From Macrostomum hystrix (Eukaryota > Animalia > Platyhelminthes): 64,000 nucleotides of DNA. The stretch's first letter is position 1. Each line of letters opens with the position of its first letter. The translations under genes were made by a program, and so were the position numbers. Below the pieces are notes generated by a model. It worked only from the letters and a program-made list of their open reading frames with translations, had not been told where the DNA came from and did no database searches. Positions 11,655 to 24,040 of the stretch are shown in pieces. The stretch spans positions 1,116,001 through 1,180,000 of the forward strand of contig CATNEN010000024.1 in assembly GCA_950097015.1 (NCBI GenBank), read 5' to 3'.

Positions 11655-13355
11655 GGGACCTCATTCAGAGCTTTATCAACAGGGCGGTGCGCTGGGCGGA
11701 CCAATGCGGGCTCCGACTCTCTGAGTCCAAGACCGTTGCGGTTATGTTTACCAGCAGACTGCTCTGGACCATTAAGCCTTTGACTCTCTATGGCAAGAAT
11801 ATTGCCATGGAAAAGCAGGTCCGCTGCCTTGGTCTCCTGCTAGACCATAGGCTTAACTGGACCCCGCACATCACCACAAAGGCCAAGAGGGCCCTGGCCA
11901 TACTGGCGCAAGTCAGGCGTGCCGTGGGCACCACTTGGGGGCTAACCCCCAAGAACCTTTGGTGGATTTACACGGCGATCATCAGACCGTCCGTTGCGTA
12001 CGCTAGTCTCATCTGGGCCGATGCCATGGGCATCCAGAAAAACCTGGAGGCGCTCTATAGGGTGCAGTGCAGAGCCTGTCGTATGACGCCGGGCGCCCCA
12101 CCCTCCACTCCCTTCGAAGGCATGAATGCCTTCCTCAACGCTATACCCATTGACATTTTTATCAAAGGGGAAGCGGCAAAGTCCACCCGACGTCTTCTAG
12201 ACGCGGGGGTCTCCTTCCAGAACGTGCGAGCCTTTCCGAAGCGCTTCCTTCTGCCTCACTCTGACCTCTGCCTGAAAACTCTGGGCGAGTGTGGAGGGCT
12301 CACCATCCTCTCGGACGGGGCCCCGGCAGCACACAGGTACAAGGTCAGCATCCTCCATCGTAATGAGGATACTGCTACACTGACGGCTCTCTGATGAACG
12401 GTAAATCGGGATTCGGAGTGTGCGTCGCCTCGGGTGGTGAGGTTCTATGGACCCACTCCCAACGCTGTGGCAAGAGCTCAAGCGTTTTCCAAAACGAAAT
12501 GCTCGCCATCAGTCTCTGTGCGGCTGAACTGCGCCAGAGGCAGCTGACTGGACGGAGAATCTTTTTTCACTTCGACAGTCAAGCAGCCCTCAAGGCCCTC
12601 AGCCGCTGCACCTCTCGCTCCAGAACTGCCACACCCAGTTAAACGGATTGGCGCAGTCTAACAAGGTGGAGCTGATGTGGATCCCTGGGCACGCCGGGCT
12701 CACAGGGAATGAGATGGCGGACCAGCTTGCTAAGCTTGCCAGCTCCCTGATGGGCCCGGGCCCAGAGGCCCCGATCCCCGCTTCTGTGGTCAACTCGGGC
12801 ATCAACCGCTGGATGGAGACCCAACACCGAAGGAGGTGGTCTAGCACCCTGAACTGTCGCCAGTCTAGGGCTGCGGTGCCAACCCCCTCTAGTAGCCTGC
12901 GTAAAGCCTTGCTCAGGCTAAATCGCAGAGACCTGAGAGCAGTCACCATGGCCCTCTCGGGACATGGCTGCTTCACCAGACATCGCTACCTCCAAGGCCA
13001 TGTGCCTGAGGAAACGTCTCCTTTCTGCTGCTCCGGACATGAAAACGCCGAGCACTTCATCTGCCATTGCCCGGCCTTCACCCGGGCGAGGCTAAAACAT
13101 CTCGGGCCGGCGCCGACCCTAGTCGAAGCCTGCTCGCCCGAAAACATTCCACAACTCGCCCACTTCCTCCGGGATACCGGCCGAGCTGATTTCTTCCCAG
13201 CCTATGGCGAGGAAGATCGCGCGGCGGGACCGACCGACGGACCAACCTTAGCGGCACCGCCTCGCTGGAGGCCGTCTGGCTGCCAGGGGTTAGCGATATG
13301 GGCGGCATCGGCCGCCTCCTCGCTGCGTCCGTCGCCGCTAAGTCAAGTAAGTCAA
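11655..13355 (+). mobile_element. 5'-truncated, frameshifted non-LTR retrotransposon (RT C-terminus, RNase H, Cys-His knuckle; LOA/R1/I-group-like)
   Basis: RT thumb (VRCLGLLLDHRLNWTPHI..WIYTAIIRPSVAYAS). RNase H motifs [35 protein letters not shown]. Knuckle C..H..HFICHCP. Frameshifts near 12370 and 12630. 3' hairpin GGCGGC-ATCG-GCCGCC (13301-13316) and short tandem tail TAAGTCAAGTAAGTCAA. Confidence 0.9.
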
Positions 13356-14010
13356 CTTCGGCGGGCAAATTTCCTGAGGGCAAATTTCATAGACCCGTTT
13401 CTACCATAGACAATGAGCCAAGACATGATCCAACAATTGACGCTGAGCGAAACAGAAGTAGAATGGTTATAGGTTTCTGCCACAAAATTAGTTTCCTCCC
13501 TATTCAATGGGAGGATAGCTATTTTCCTTCTTTTTTCCTTTTTTATCAGCGCACAAATGATTTACGTCATTAACAATATCCTTCAGTTAAACTTAGCTGC
13601 GAAGTCAGCCAGGCATCGAGTGCATGAGCGGTGCGAAATGTACATTTAAGGCCAATTCATGCAGGAAAAACGTGTAAATTTGGACTCCAAGCGTTATGAA
13701 ATAAACAGCATTTTTCTTTATTTCTGCGCACGCCTTATCAGTAAAGCAAAATGTCGTTCGGCTGCCATTTTGCCGTACCCAGGTTCGCGAACCTTGAACT
13801 CGCGGTATCTTTCCTATTTCACCTGCCTGTTAGTCTATTGAACTTGGTTAAAAAGTCTCTATAAATATGCTTCTTTTAAAGTTCAAGATTCGGTTAAAGA
13901 TCAAAAAACAAAAGTTAAAAAAACAATGATAGACGAGTTGGCCCAATCAGCAACTCGAATGCTTGAATAAAAATATTCTTTGTTTTTCTTGCCTTTCTAC
14001 CTATGACGGT

Positions 14011-16509
14011 AAATGCGTCTGCTGTGTGAAATTGCGTCTGCTGTGTGAAACTGTGTCTGGTGTTTGAAATTGCGTCTGCTGTGTGAAACTGTGTCTGGTG
14101 TTTGAAATTGCGTCTGCTGTGTGAAACTGTGTCTGGTGTTTGAAATTGCGTCTGCTGTGTGAAACTGTGTCTGGTGTTTGAAATTGCGTCTGCTGTGTGA
14201 AACTGTGTCTGGTGTTTGAAATTGCGTCTGCTGTGTGAAACTGTGTCTGGTGTGTGAAATTGTGTCTGGTGTTTGAAATTGTGTCTGCTGTGTGTAATTG
14301 TGTCTGCTGTGTGAAATTGTGTCTGCTGTGTGTAATTGTGTCTGCTGTGTGAAATTGTGTCTGCTGTGTGAAATTGTGTCTGGTGTGTGAAATTGTGTCT
14401 GGTGTTTGAAATTGTGTCTGGTGTGTGAAATTGTGTCTGGTGTTTGAAATTGTGTCTGCTGTGTGAAATTGTGTCTGGTGTTTGAAATTGTGTCTGCTGT
14501 GTGAAACTGTGTCTGCTGTGTGAAATTGCGTCTGCTGTGTGAAATTGTGTCTGGTGTTTGAAATTGTGTCTGCTGTGTGAAATTGCGTCTGCTGTGTGAA
14601 ACTGTGTCTGGTGTTTGAAATTGTGTCTGCTGTGTGAAACTGTGTCTGGTGTTTGAAATTGCGTCTGCTGTGTGAAACTGTGTCTGGTGTTTGAAATTGC
14701 GTCTGGTGTGTGAAATTGTGTCTGGTGTTTGAAATTGTGTCTGCTGTGTGTAATTGTGTCTGCTGTGTGAAATTGTGTCTGCTGTGTGAAATTGTGTCTG
14801 CTGTGTGAAACTGTGTCTGCTGTGTGAAATTGCGTCTGCTGTGTGAAATTGTGTCTGGTGTTTGAAATTGTGTCTGCTTTGTGAAGTTGTGTCCGCTGTG
14901 TGAAATTGTGTCTGCTGTGTGAAATTGTGTCTGCTGTGTGAAATTGTGTCTGCTGTGTGAAATTGTGTCTGCTGTGTGAAACTGTGTCTGCTGTGTGAAA
15001 TTGCGTCTGCTGTGTGAAATTGTGTCTGGTGTTTGAAATTGTGTCTGCTGTGTAAAGTTGTGTCCGCTGTGTGAAACTGTGTCTGCTGTGTGAAATTGCG
15101 TCTGCTGTGTGAAATTGTGTCTGGTGTTTGAAATTGTGTCTGCTGTGTGTAATTGTGTCTGCTGTGTGAAATTGTGTCTGCTGTGTGAAATTGTGTCTGC
15201 TGTGTGAAACTGTGTCTGCTGTGTGAAATTGCGTCTGCTGTGTGAAACTGTGTCTGGTGTTTGAAATTGTGTCTGCTGTGTGAAATTGTGTCTGGTGTTT
15301 GAAATTGTGTCTGCTGTGTGAAATTGTGTCTGCTGTGTGAAATTGTGTCTGCTGTGTGAAATTGCGTCTGCTGTGTGAAACTGTGTCTGGTGTTTGAAAT
15401 TGTGTCTGCTGTGTGAAGTTGTGTCCGCTGTGTGAAATTGCGTCTGCTGTGTGAAATTGTGTCTGGTGTGTGAAATTGTGTCTGCTGTGTGTAATTGTGT
15501 CTGCTGTGTGAAATTGTGTCTGCTGTGTGTAATTGTGTCTGCTGTGTGAAATTGTGTCTGGTGTTTGAAATTGTGTCTGCTGTGTGAAATTGTGTCTGCT
15601 GTGTGAAATTGTGTCTGCTGTGTGAAATTGCGTCTGCTGTATGAAATTGTGTCTGCTGTGTGAAATTGTGTCTGGTGTTTGAAATTTTGTCTGCTGTGTG
15701 AAGTTGTGTCCGCTGTGTGAAATTGCGTCTGCTGTGTGAAATTGTGTCTGGTGTGTGAAATTGTGTCTGGTGTTTGAAATTGTGTCTGCTGTGTGTAATT
15801 GTGTCTGCTGTGTGAAATTGTGTCTGCTGTGTGAAACTGTGTCTGGTGTGTGAAATTGTGTCTGGTGTTTGAAATTGTGTCTGCTGTGTGTAATTGTGTC
15901 TGCTGTGTGAAATTGTGTCTGCTGTGTGAAATTGTGTCTGGTGTGTGAAATTGTGTCTGGTGTTTGAAATTGTGTCTGCTGTGTGTAATTGTGTCTGCTG
16001 TGTGAAATTGTGTCTGGTGTTTGAAATTGTGTCTGCTGTGTGAAATTGTGTCTGGTGTTTGAAATTGTGTCTGCTGTGTGAAATTGTGTCTGCTGTGTGA
16101 AATTGCGTCTGCTGTGTGAAACTGTGTCTGGTGTTTGAAATTGTGTCTGCTGTGTGAAGTTGTGTCCGCTGTGTGAAATTGCGTCTGCTGTGTGAAATTG
16201 TGTCTGGTGTGTGAAATTGTGTCTGGTGTTTGAAATTGTGTCTGCTGTGTGTAATTGTGTCTGGTGTTTGAAATTGTGTCTGCTGTGTGTAATTGTGTCT
16301 GCTGTGTGAAATTGTGTCTGCTGTGTGAAACTGTGTCTGGTGTTTGAAATTGTGTCTGCTGTGTGTAATTGTGTCTGCTGTGTGAAATTGTGTCTGCTGT
16401 GTGAAACTGTGTCTGGTGTGTGAAATTGTGTCTGGTGTTTGAAATTGTGTCTGCTGTGTGTAATTGTGTCTGCTGTGTGAAATTGTGTCCGCTGTGTGAA
16501 ATTGTGTCT
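14011..16509. repeat. 19-bp minisatellite, about 131 units, intergenic
   Basis: Unit TGTGTCTGCTGTGTGAAAT with interspersed variants (e.g. TGTGTCTGGTGTTTGAAAT). Confidence 0.97.
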
Positions 16510-17501
16510 TAAATGTGATGTTAAGTCACAGTTCGTTGACTCTCCAGCTTTGCTCCGTTTGATTTTCGTAGAAGATCACAGAGATTTTGTGAGTTCACAC
16601 AAATGTTAAACCTATAGAAACCTATAGAGATTGTTCATCATTCAATTACATTAAATGTGTTTGACGTACTAGCTCGATAGCAACAAAATCCAGGTCCCAC
16701 AATTGATCTTTGCCCGGCCCCGTGATGTTTTCATGTCTCCCAAAGCCAACCAGTCTGCCTATCTATATTGGACAGGAATACTGTTTGGTTTCCTGTTGAC
16801 AATTTGACATTCCTAGGTCAGCTGGCTATAGTTCTAGACCAATATTTTTCGGTTAACTGTTCTAGATGAGACCCACCGCACACTCTTTAAGCCGTCGTCC
16901 TTTGAATTTTCGCAGCGTCAAGTTCTTGCGCACTGGAAAACTGGCGAACTGTTTCTGCCTCTAGATAAGGGAACGAATCTGAACTTGGTGGGGGTAGGCA
17001 TGTGACCGGAGGCCCCCTGGACATTGCAGATGAAGCAGCAGCCAGTGCAGCCACCCCATTCCCTGCAAACTTTTGAGTTCGCGAAGTCAAACTTGGGTTT
17101 GAGTTTGGGCGTCCTTCACAAACTCACATGGAAAACACAAAGTCAAACAGATAATGCGATCTAAAAACTGGCAGCAAATTCATTTTTCAAAGATAATTTT
17201 CTGCCTGAAACCAGTGCCAACACGATTAAACTTGAATTCTGCACGCAGAAACTAGTCAAGGCCAGGCCCGCGGCTCAGGAGTCAAGGCCAGCGCCTGTGG
17301 GTGTCACTGGCTGTCAGTTTTCAGCTAGAGATGTGAAAGATCAAGATAAGACCTGACTAACCCACCCATGCAAAACTTTTGTCGATAAAAGCTCGCCCGC
17401 AGCCGCTGAAAAATCTGGACTGCCAGAAGAAGCGTCGAGAAGTTAAGCCAAGACAGTCGAAGCAATCCCGCAGAGATCAGTCTTTTGACTAAAGAAGCAG
17501 A

Positions 17502-18236
17502 ATGCTGAAGCAGATTCTCATTGTTTGCGTGGCCCTGGTCTGTGTGAGCACTGTCTCCGCCACATTCTGGAGACCCTGCCCCGGTGGTGAGTAATTGTTC
17601 TAGTGCGTAACAGCTGATCTGAGGTACACAACAGTTTTGCCTGAACATTCCACCCCTCTTTTTCTGTACCTTGCAGGCTCCAAGACGCTGCACTTTGATG
17701 TCCAAGGCTGCGCCGGCAAGCGGCTGTGCACCGTGCGACGCGGCGAGTCCCGCTCCCTGGCCATGCGGTTCAGAGCCAGTGAGTGAAAACTGCCTATACT
17801 ACTTTTAGTAGGATTTCGCGGAGTAGAATGGGATAAATATTCATCATGCCACTTGAATTCAGCCGCTGACAGCTCGACATTGACCGCCTCCGTGTTCGGC
17901 AAGTCCCGCGGTATGAGCAGCCCAATGCCTCTGGCCAGCAACGTGTTCGACAACAACGCCTGCAACTTCCTTGAGAACGGCGCCACCTGTCCCATCGCTC
18001 GCGACCAGGTCTACAGCTACCGGGTGCCCTTACTCATTGAGCAGTTTTTCCCGCCGGTAAATATTCACTAAATAGTGTTAAACTTGTAGGGAAAAAGTGG
18101 TTTTAGTCAAGCAAGAATATCATCCAACCGACCTGACGTTTTTCAATTGCAGACCACCTACATGATCCAGTTCAGCCTGAAGGACAGTACATCTAGAGTG
18201 CAGTCCTGTGGCCGAATGGTCATCCGAGTCGTGTAA
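17502..18236 (+). CDS. NPC2: NPC2-like / ML-domain lipid-binding secreted protein, 154 aa
   Basis: Exons 17502-17586, 17677-17778, 17863-18056, 18153-18236 (465 nt). Signal peptide MLKQILIVCVALVCVSTVSA; six Cys in ML-domain spacing (PCPG, GCAGKRLC, NACNFLENGATCPI, QSCG). Confidence 0.88.
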
Positions 18237-19842
18237 GCCAAGTCGTCAATCAGCAAATCGAGCTGACACTCACACGCTGAATAACCCACCGCGGCTTTTC
18301 ATTTAACAGCAAAACAGTTTCTTATAAATAAACTCTGCCAGACTTATATTAGATGTGAGAAGGCATTCTCCGCGTTTTGTAATAAGATGCGCACTCTTGT
18401 TTAACTGTTATTTGCTATTTATAGCCGTGTCACACCTCGTCACATAGAGAAGTAGCAGGTAGTCTAATGAATTATAAACCATCGATTAAAAAGTAGATCG
18501 TAGATTCCATGTACCTTTAACCAGCACCTCAGCTGATTGCTTTGGCTTGACTTTCGTTAAGCCTGCGCTGCTGTGTAGCCATCTTCGTAAATCTGTCATT
18601 GCCATTTCGGTCGCTTCACTTCACAGAATAATAAAAAATCCCTTTGTACTCTGCGCTACTATCCAAAAATAGAAATTATTTTTGTAAATCTATGAACACT
18701 CTTATTCTAGTCTGTTGACAATTCTTTTTTTTATTTTTCTGCTTTGCTCAAAGGATTAACAACAAAATAGCGGCAAAATTACTCTTTAATAAGTATGAGG
18801 CCTCACGCAGAAAATAAGACAATTCATTAAAGGAAGACCTGCTCACCTGCACGAAAATATGCTTCTACATGCATGCACCACAGCCGCAGGTGGGTAAATC
18901 AGAATCAAATAAGTGAAAATATAAATTTGTTACAGATAGATCATGATTCATAGTAAATCGACATCAATTAAATAGCATTTTATAGTTAACCAAAAAATAT
19001 ATAATTTCATTAATTCCCGATAATTATGATTATGAGAGAATTCTACTTACTAACTTTACTTTCTTGATTTTCCAAAAAATCTATTGGTTGATCAAGTAAT
19101 TGAAGCACTTTCGAAAAGATCTGCTGCTATTTTGGCAAGCAATAGAACTTGCTGTCCTGTGTTTGAGCGCATTCAACATGAGTCTGCTGCTCAGTACTTA
19201 ATGCAGCTGAATATATTGCTAATATTATTTATGTTTGTTGAATGTATGTAGTGTACCAACTGGGGGAACAGCTGAGTATGTTTCACTGCTTGCCCCCTAC
19301 TGTCGTTTGGCAGCGTTTAGGAGTGTATTATAACGTCTTAGTCTACCACAATGAGACTAATATTTATGCAAGCTAGAGTGTCATTATCGGCGAAAGTGAC
19401 AAGAAACAACTAAAATACTTGAATAATTAAAATTTGTTTTCGACTACACTCTAAGGAATTTTTTCGCAAAGTCAGCATACGAAGCAATGCATTTTGTTAA
19501 AAGCGTCTAATAGTCTCCTAAATGGACTTGAATAATATATATTTAAACATTTATCCTATCCCGTTGGTGTATTTTCATGAAATTTAGAACACATTGCTTT
19601 TCTTAGCTTGTATTTTCAAATCATTTCAGTGGTCCAATCGTGCCATGCTTGACGACCCAACGTGACTTATCTACCAGACAGATCCGCTCCTCAAGCAACA
19701 AATATCATGCATTGTCTAGAGACTTGAGCTCACATCCCACACGAGCAATCAATGTACAAAGGGCTGCCACCAAGCGTTGACAACAAAAATTTTTACGAAA
19801 TTTATTTATCATGGTGCAAATCGTAGAGTACTTTCCCCAAGG

Positions 19843-20121
19843 TTAAAACACCGCCGACGAGATGAGGCTGATGAGTCTGGTGCAGCAGTTGACATACAGC
19901 TGCAATCCGTTGATGATGTTCTGCTGACTATCAAATTCTCCTTTGCAGGGCTTGCACATGCCGAACGGATCCCTCATGTGGTCAATGGTGAAGCGGATGC
20001 AGGTAACTCTATCAGCTCCGCGGCAGTCCATGGTGCGTAGGACCACGCCTGACTGAGCCCAGCCCACCAGGGCCAGCAGCAGCAGCAGCAGTAGCAGCAC
20101 ACAGGACGTCCTTGATGTCAT
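19843..20121 (-). CDS. Small secreted cysteine-rich peptide, 92 aa, single exon, family unknown
   Basis: Leu-rich signal peptide (to about AQS/G), then six Cys (C-x7-C-x14-C-x2-C-x19-CC). Third-position C/G bias resembles neighbouring genes. Confidence 0.72.
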   Translation of the reverse strand: MTSRTSCVLLLLLLLLALVGWAQSGVVLRTMDCRGADRVTCIRFTIDHMRDPFGMCKPCKGEFDSQQNIINGLQLYVNCCTRLISLISSAVF

Positions 20122-21172
20122 CAGTTTGCTTGATGCGAAGCGGTGACGTCAGCAAACAATTTTGTCGTATGGTAAAGCAGCGAAGAAGAAACGTGTCAAA
20201 CAAGTTTCGCACCCACGTTGAAAAGTGTTATGCTTAACTTCTCCCAGTAAAAGGGAGTAAAAGGCTGACCTCGTAAATGCAATCTGTCGATTACGAAAAT
20301 TTATGGTGCGAACATCTGCCACATTCGTTTTTAACGGTTTAAATCGACGCTTTCAAGCATAGCCTTGTTGTACACGGAAAATACGAGCGAGTAGCATTTT
20401 GTAGTCCTGCAATACTGCACAGTCGTTCAGTGTTGCGCTAACTCGCCTGTCAAGCCACCCACTTGCCGCTTGTACATTTATTTCTACGTGAGATTACACC
20501 ATGCAAGCTGCAGTTATAAAAGTGAGAACAATATCTCGTTCTCGCCTCGCTCGCACTTCCTTTTAAAGCATTTGATTCCCATTTTAACTATTTCAAACTA
20601 TAGACGACACTACTTTAAGTAGGTGTGGGCAGAACTGATGTAGATGCAGTGTACGAGATTGGTGCTCGACCGGTTTTACAGGTTTAGCCCAAGTGCAATG
20701 ACGCCGGATGGACTCAAAATTGACAAAATATTCCAACAAACACACGGACAGCTACGGAACTAGAGTCCACGTAATGTACTTTTGAATTAGCGCAAATAAT
20801 CCAAGTACAGTAGCTATCTTTTTGCGAATTTGTGTCATATTTATTATGCTTGAATTCGTGCGCTCCCAGGTAAGCAAATCGGAGCAATGGCTTAATCCTG
20901 GTCCATGATTTCTAAAGCAATGTTGAGTGTTTTAGCTGTTACATATATACCTCTGAAGCAGCAGTTTGAGTTTCAACATTCAGACCAGTGTCACAATATC
21001 AAGAGAATGAGCGAATAGCTAAACAAGAAATACAGGTAGCAAAATAATGAAGTTCCCCTTTATGCTGAGTTATGGACATGGTTTATGCCTATGCACATCG
21101 AGATGTACAGCATGTGGGCAGCAAATAGCTGCGAGACAGCTGCTGTACGGCCTCTCAATAAGTGATGTGCAT

Positions 21173-21925
21173 ATGAAAACGAATTTAGTACCTCATTATT
21201 TACTATTCACTGTTTTTGCAGCTTTGAGTTTAAATAACAACTGCTTCTACACCCTCGTACTAAGCGTAAGTAGCTTAAATTATTTGTCACCTCTAGCCTA
21301 ACGAAGTAAGCTTGTAATGATGATCAAACTTATTCCAATAGATATTTTATTGCTGCTTATTATTGCTAAATGTACTCGTAAGTAGATTTTATATTTGAAT
21401 GTCAATTATTGCACCGCTCAGAAAGTTAACTATTATCTAAATTATTCAAATTTCCCAGGCCCAGTGCTAGGGCTTAGCTGCCACTTTGCTTCCAATGCAC
21501 CATCGAAAGATGTCGGCTATAGTGAAGCCTGCACTGAAGGACTCCGTGTCTGCGTGACCTACTCAATCACAACGTCTGGAAGCAAGGCTGTGAGTTGGCT
21601 GGCTATCCCCAGATACAAGGCTCGTGTTTGCATTTGCTGTATAGAATTCCCTGAGCAATGAAGATTTCCATTCTTTTAGTTCTACAAGGGCTGCTATAAT
21701 GGCGAGGGCTGTGCGGGCCTGACTTACATGCCCAACTACAGAGATTGCTACCAGTGCTCCAGCGACAACTGCAACGCTGGCATTGGCGCAACGCCGAGTG
21801 CTCCCCGCCAGCCGTCACCGTCAGCCGCTAGTAAACAAACAAAAGCGAGTGCTAGACCAGCTCAGAATGGTCGGGCTTCCATGCTGATCTCTGTCGCTCT
21901 TGTGCTGTTTTATTACGCTTTCTGA
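21173..21925 (+). CDS. Ly6/uPAR three-finger protein, predicted GPI-anchored (paralogue 1)
   Basis: Exons 21459-21589 and 21680-21925 are clear; signal exon from about 21173 is tentative. Eight Cys ending CYQCSSDNCN, then an S/P/A-rich stalk and hydrophobic tail MLISVALVLFYYAF. Confidence 0.8.
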
Positions 21926-22996
21926 CCCACTTGACTCGAATAGAAACTATTTGACAGCCGATCAGATTAATTAAACTCTGAAGTGGCACTTTGACAGCCA
22001 ATGAGTAATACTTTATTAAACGCATTAATACTTTATTAAAATTGCATTGCGGCTCGTATTTACACTTGCATGAAGCCAGTGTCGATTGGAAAATCTATTA
22101 ATAGCAACTTGCTGCATCGAAATGCATCCCAGCAAAGTAATTCTTTCAAATTTCAAAGTGAAAAAATACATTAATCAGTTTTTTGTGCGTACCTCAGTAT
22201 GCATAGCACATACTTTAAGTGCGTTGAACTTTACTTTTATGCGAAGTGTACGCGTACTACATTTGTGGCCCATTTATTTTTACTTGTATGCGCAACTGGT
22301 GCAGGAAAAAACAAAAACGGAAAACTTGCCTTTAGTAAACAAAAATGGTTTCTTGTATAGGTCGACATACTTTACGTGTATTGGTATAGTTGTCATATAT
22401 GCACGCGTACATATTACAATCGTACATTATCTGAACAGACAGCGTACGGGGTTGAGCACTCGCGCTCCGAGTAGAAAACAGAACTAGAAGTTCCTAGTCT
22501 TTCACACTATTGTGCTGCATAAAGAAAATAATTATCACACTGATACTTAGGCATTAAACAAGACAGCAGGTAATCAGAATATTTCAAACCCCAGTACGGT
22601 TGAAGTCCTATTGCAGAATGCAAAGACAATTTCTTGATTTAAACGTTCATGTTGCAGACCTTTGCTTCATGCAATAATGTGACCCGCTTGGGTTCAAAAT
22701 TTTGCGAATAAAGGGGATATAAAGGCTCCATTTAAGTTGATATCCACTTCACTAATTTTAAAAAGCAATGCAGCCATTAAGCTTCTACTTTTCTTCTGTG
22801 GTCTGTGATCTACATGGTCTTCTGTATGGCTGTCTTAATAAGAGTGTTAAGATCTGTTGATGCAAAGATCTTCACAAAGCAGGCGTAAGTGTTATGTTTA
22901 TTGTTTGTTGAGTTCGCGGCAGGTATTTAATATATCTTATGGTAAACAAACCTTTACACCAGATGTTATCTGAATGTACGCGACCATATCTCACAG

Positions 22997-23388
22997 GCCC
23001 TGTCCAGGGTCTTCAGTGCCTCTCGGCTTCGGACACTGCCACGCCGGACTCAGGTGTGAGCGTCAAGTGCGTCGATGGATACAACTATTGCATCAAGTTC
23101 CGAGTTACCATTGCTGCAAAGAAGTCAGTTAGTTGGTCTCTAAAAGCCATGCAATATTAGCATTTAAAAGACTAAAAGTATTACGAAGACTCAGTGTGTG
23201 TCCGTTTTCTAGCTCGTATTTCTATAGCAACTTTTCTATTTGTAGCAGAGCAGTTGTCTATCAGGCCATCATTTCAGTTTTACAAGGCCAGCTACACAGC
23301 CAAAGGCTGCAAGACTCTGACTGCCTTGCCCAACTATGGAGACTGTGCAGTTTGCGACAAAGACAACTGCAATTCTGTGATGAATTAG
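22997..23388 (+). CDS. Ly6/uPAR three-finger protein lacking a GPI tail (paralogue 2); signal-peptide exon unresolved, probably about 22770-22890
   Basis: Exons 22997-23127 (131 nt, same length and phase as paralogue 1) and 23278-23388. Ends CAVCDKDNCNSVMN*. Confidence 0.78.
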
Positions 23389-23734
23389 ATTGCAGCTCGT
23401 GCGACCTATTGTGAAGGCTGAAAGTACATACGAGCTCACAAATCAGCTTTGTACTAAACAATGCAGTACGTGTATAAGTGGTTGTACGAGTAATGTATTA
23501 TTAAATCACTCGCAATGACAATTATGATTATTTACAAATAGATAACGCTTCGCTCGTTTAATAAACATAATATACCATGAGCTATACTTTAGTACTCGTA
23601 TGTAAGCGACAACCTATAAAGTAGTCTGTGTCACACACATGAATGCTACTTTTGTATTTTGCGAGTAGTAATGCGAGAATAAAGAAATAAAGAGTTTTGC
23701 AGATATTTCGGGTTAGAGATCTGACAGCTGACCA

Positions 23735-23838
23735 CCAGCCCTCAATTGTCAACTGGGGGAAAATTGTCAACTGGGGTAACATTGTCAACTGGGGAATCAT
23801 TGTCAACTGGGTGATCATTGTCAACTGGGTGATCATTG
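23735..23838. repeat. 21-bp tandem repeat, about 5 units
   Basis: ATTGTCAACTGGG(G/T)GATC-like units. Confidence 0.8.
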
Positions 23839-23967
23839 TAGCTTAAAAAAAGCAGAAAAATACCGCTGCTAAAAAGTATATACAAGACGAATTAAAAATG
23901 TTTCTGCTCCCCGAAGGGGGGCAAAACTTGCTAGTAAGAAACTAAATGCCAGATGTCGTTAAGCAAG

Positions 23968-24040
23968 GGCCGCGTGGCACAATGGATAACGCGTCTGACT
24001 ACGGATCAGAAGATTCCAGGTTCGAGTCCTGGCGTGGTCG
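23968..24040 (+). tRNA. tRNA-Arg-ACG: tRNA-Arg (anticodon ACG)
   Basis: 73-nt cloverleaf: acceptor GGCCGCG/CGTGGTC, anticodon arm TCTGA-CTACGGA-TCAGA, T-arm GGTTCGAGTCC, T4 run downstream. Confidence 0.95.

Noticed and set aside
11426-11655. N-terminal part of the 322-aa ORF as a host membrane protein
   Set aside because: AT-rich flank fortuitously in frame with the truncated LINE; retroelement similarity starts only at about 11655.
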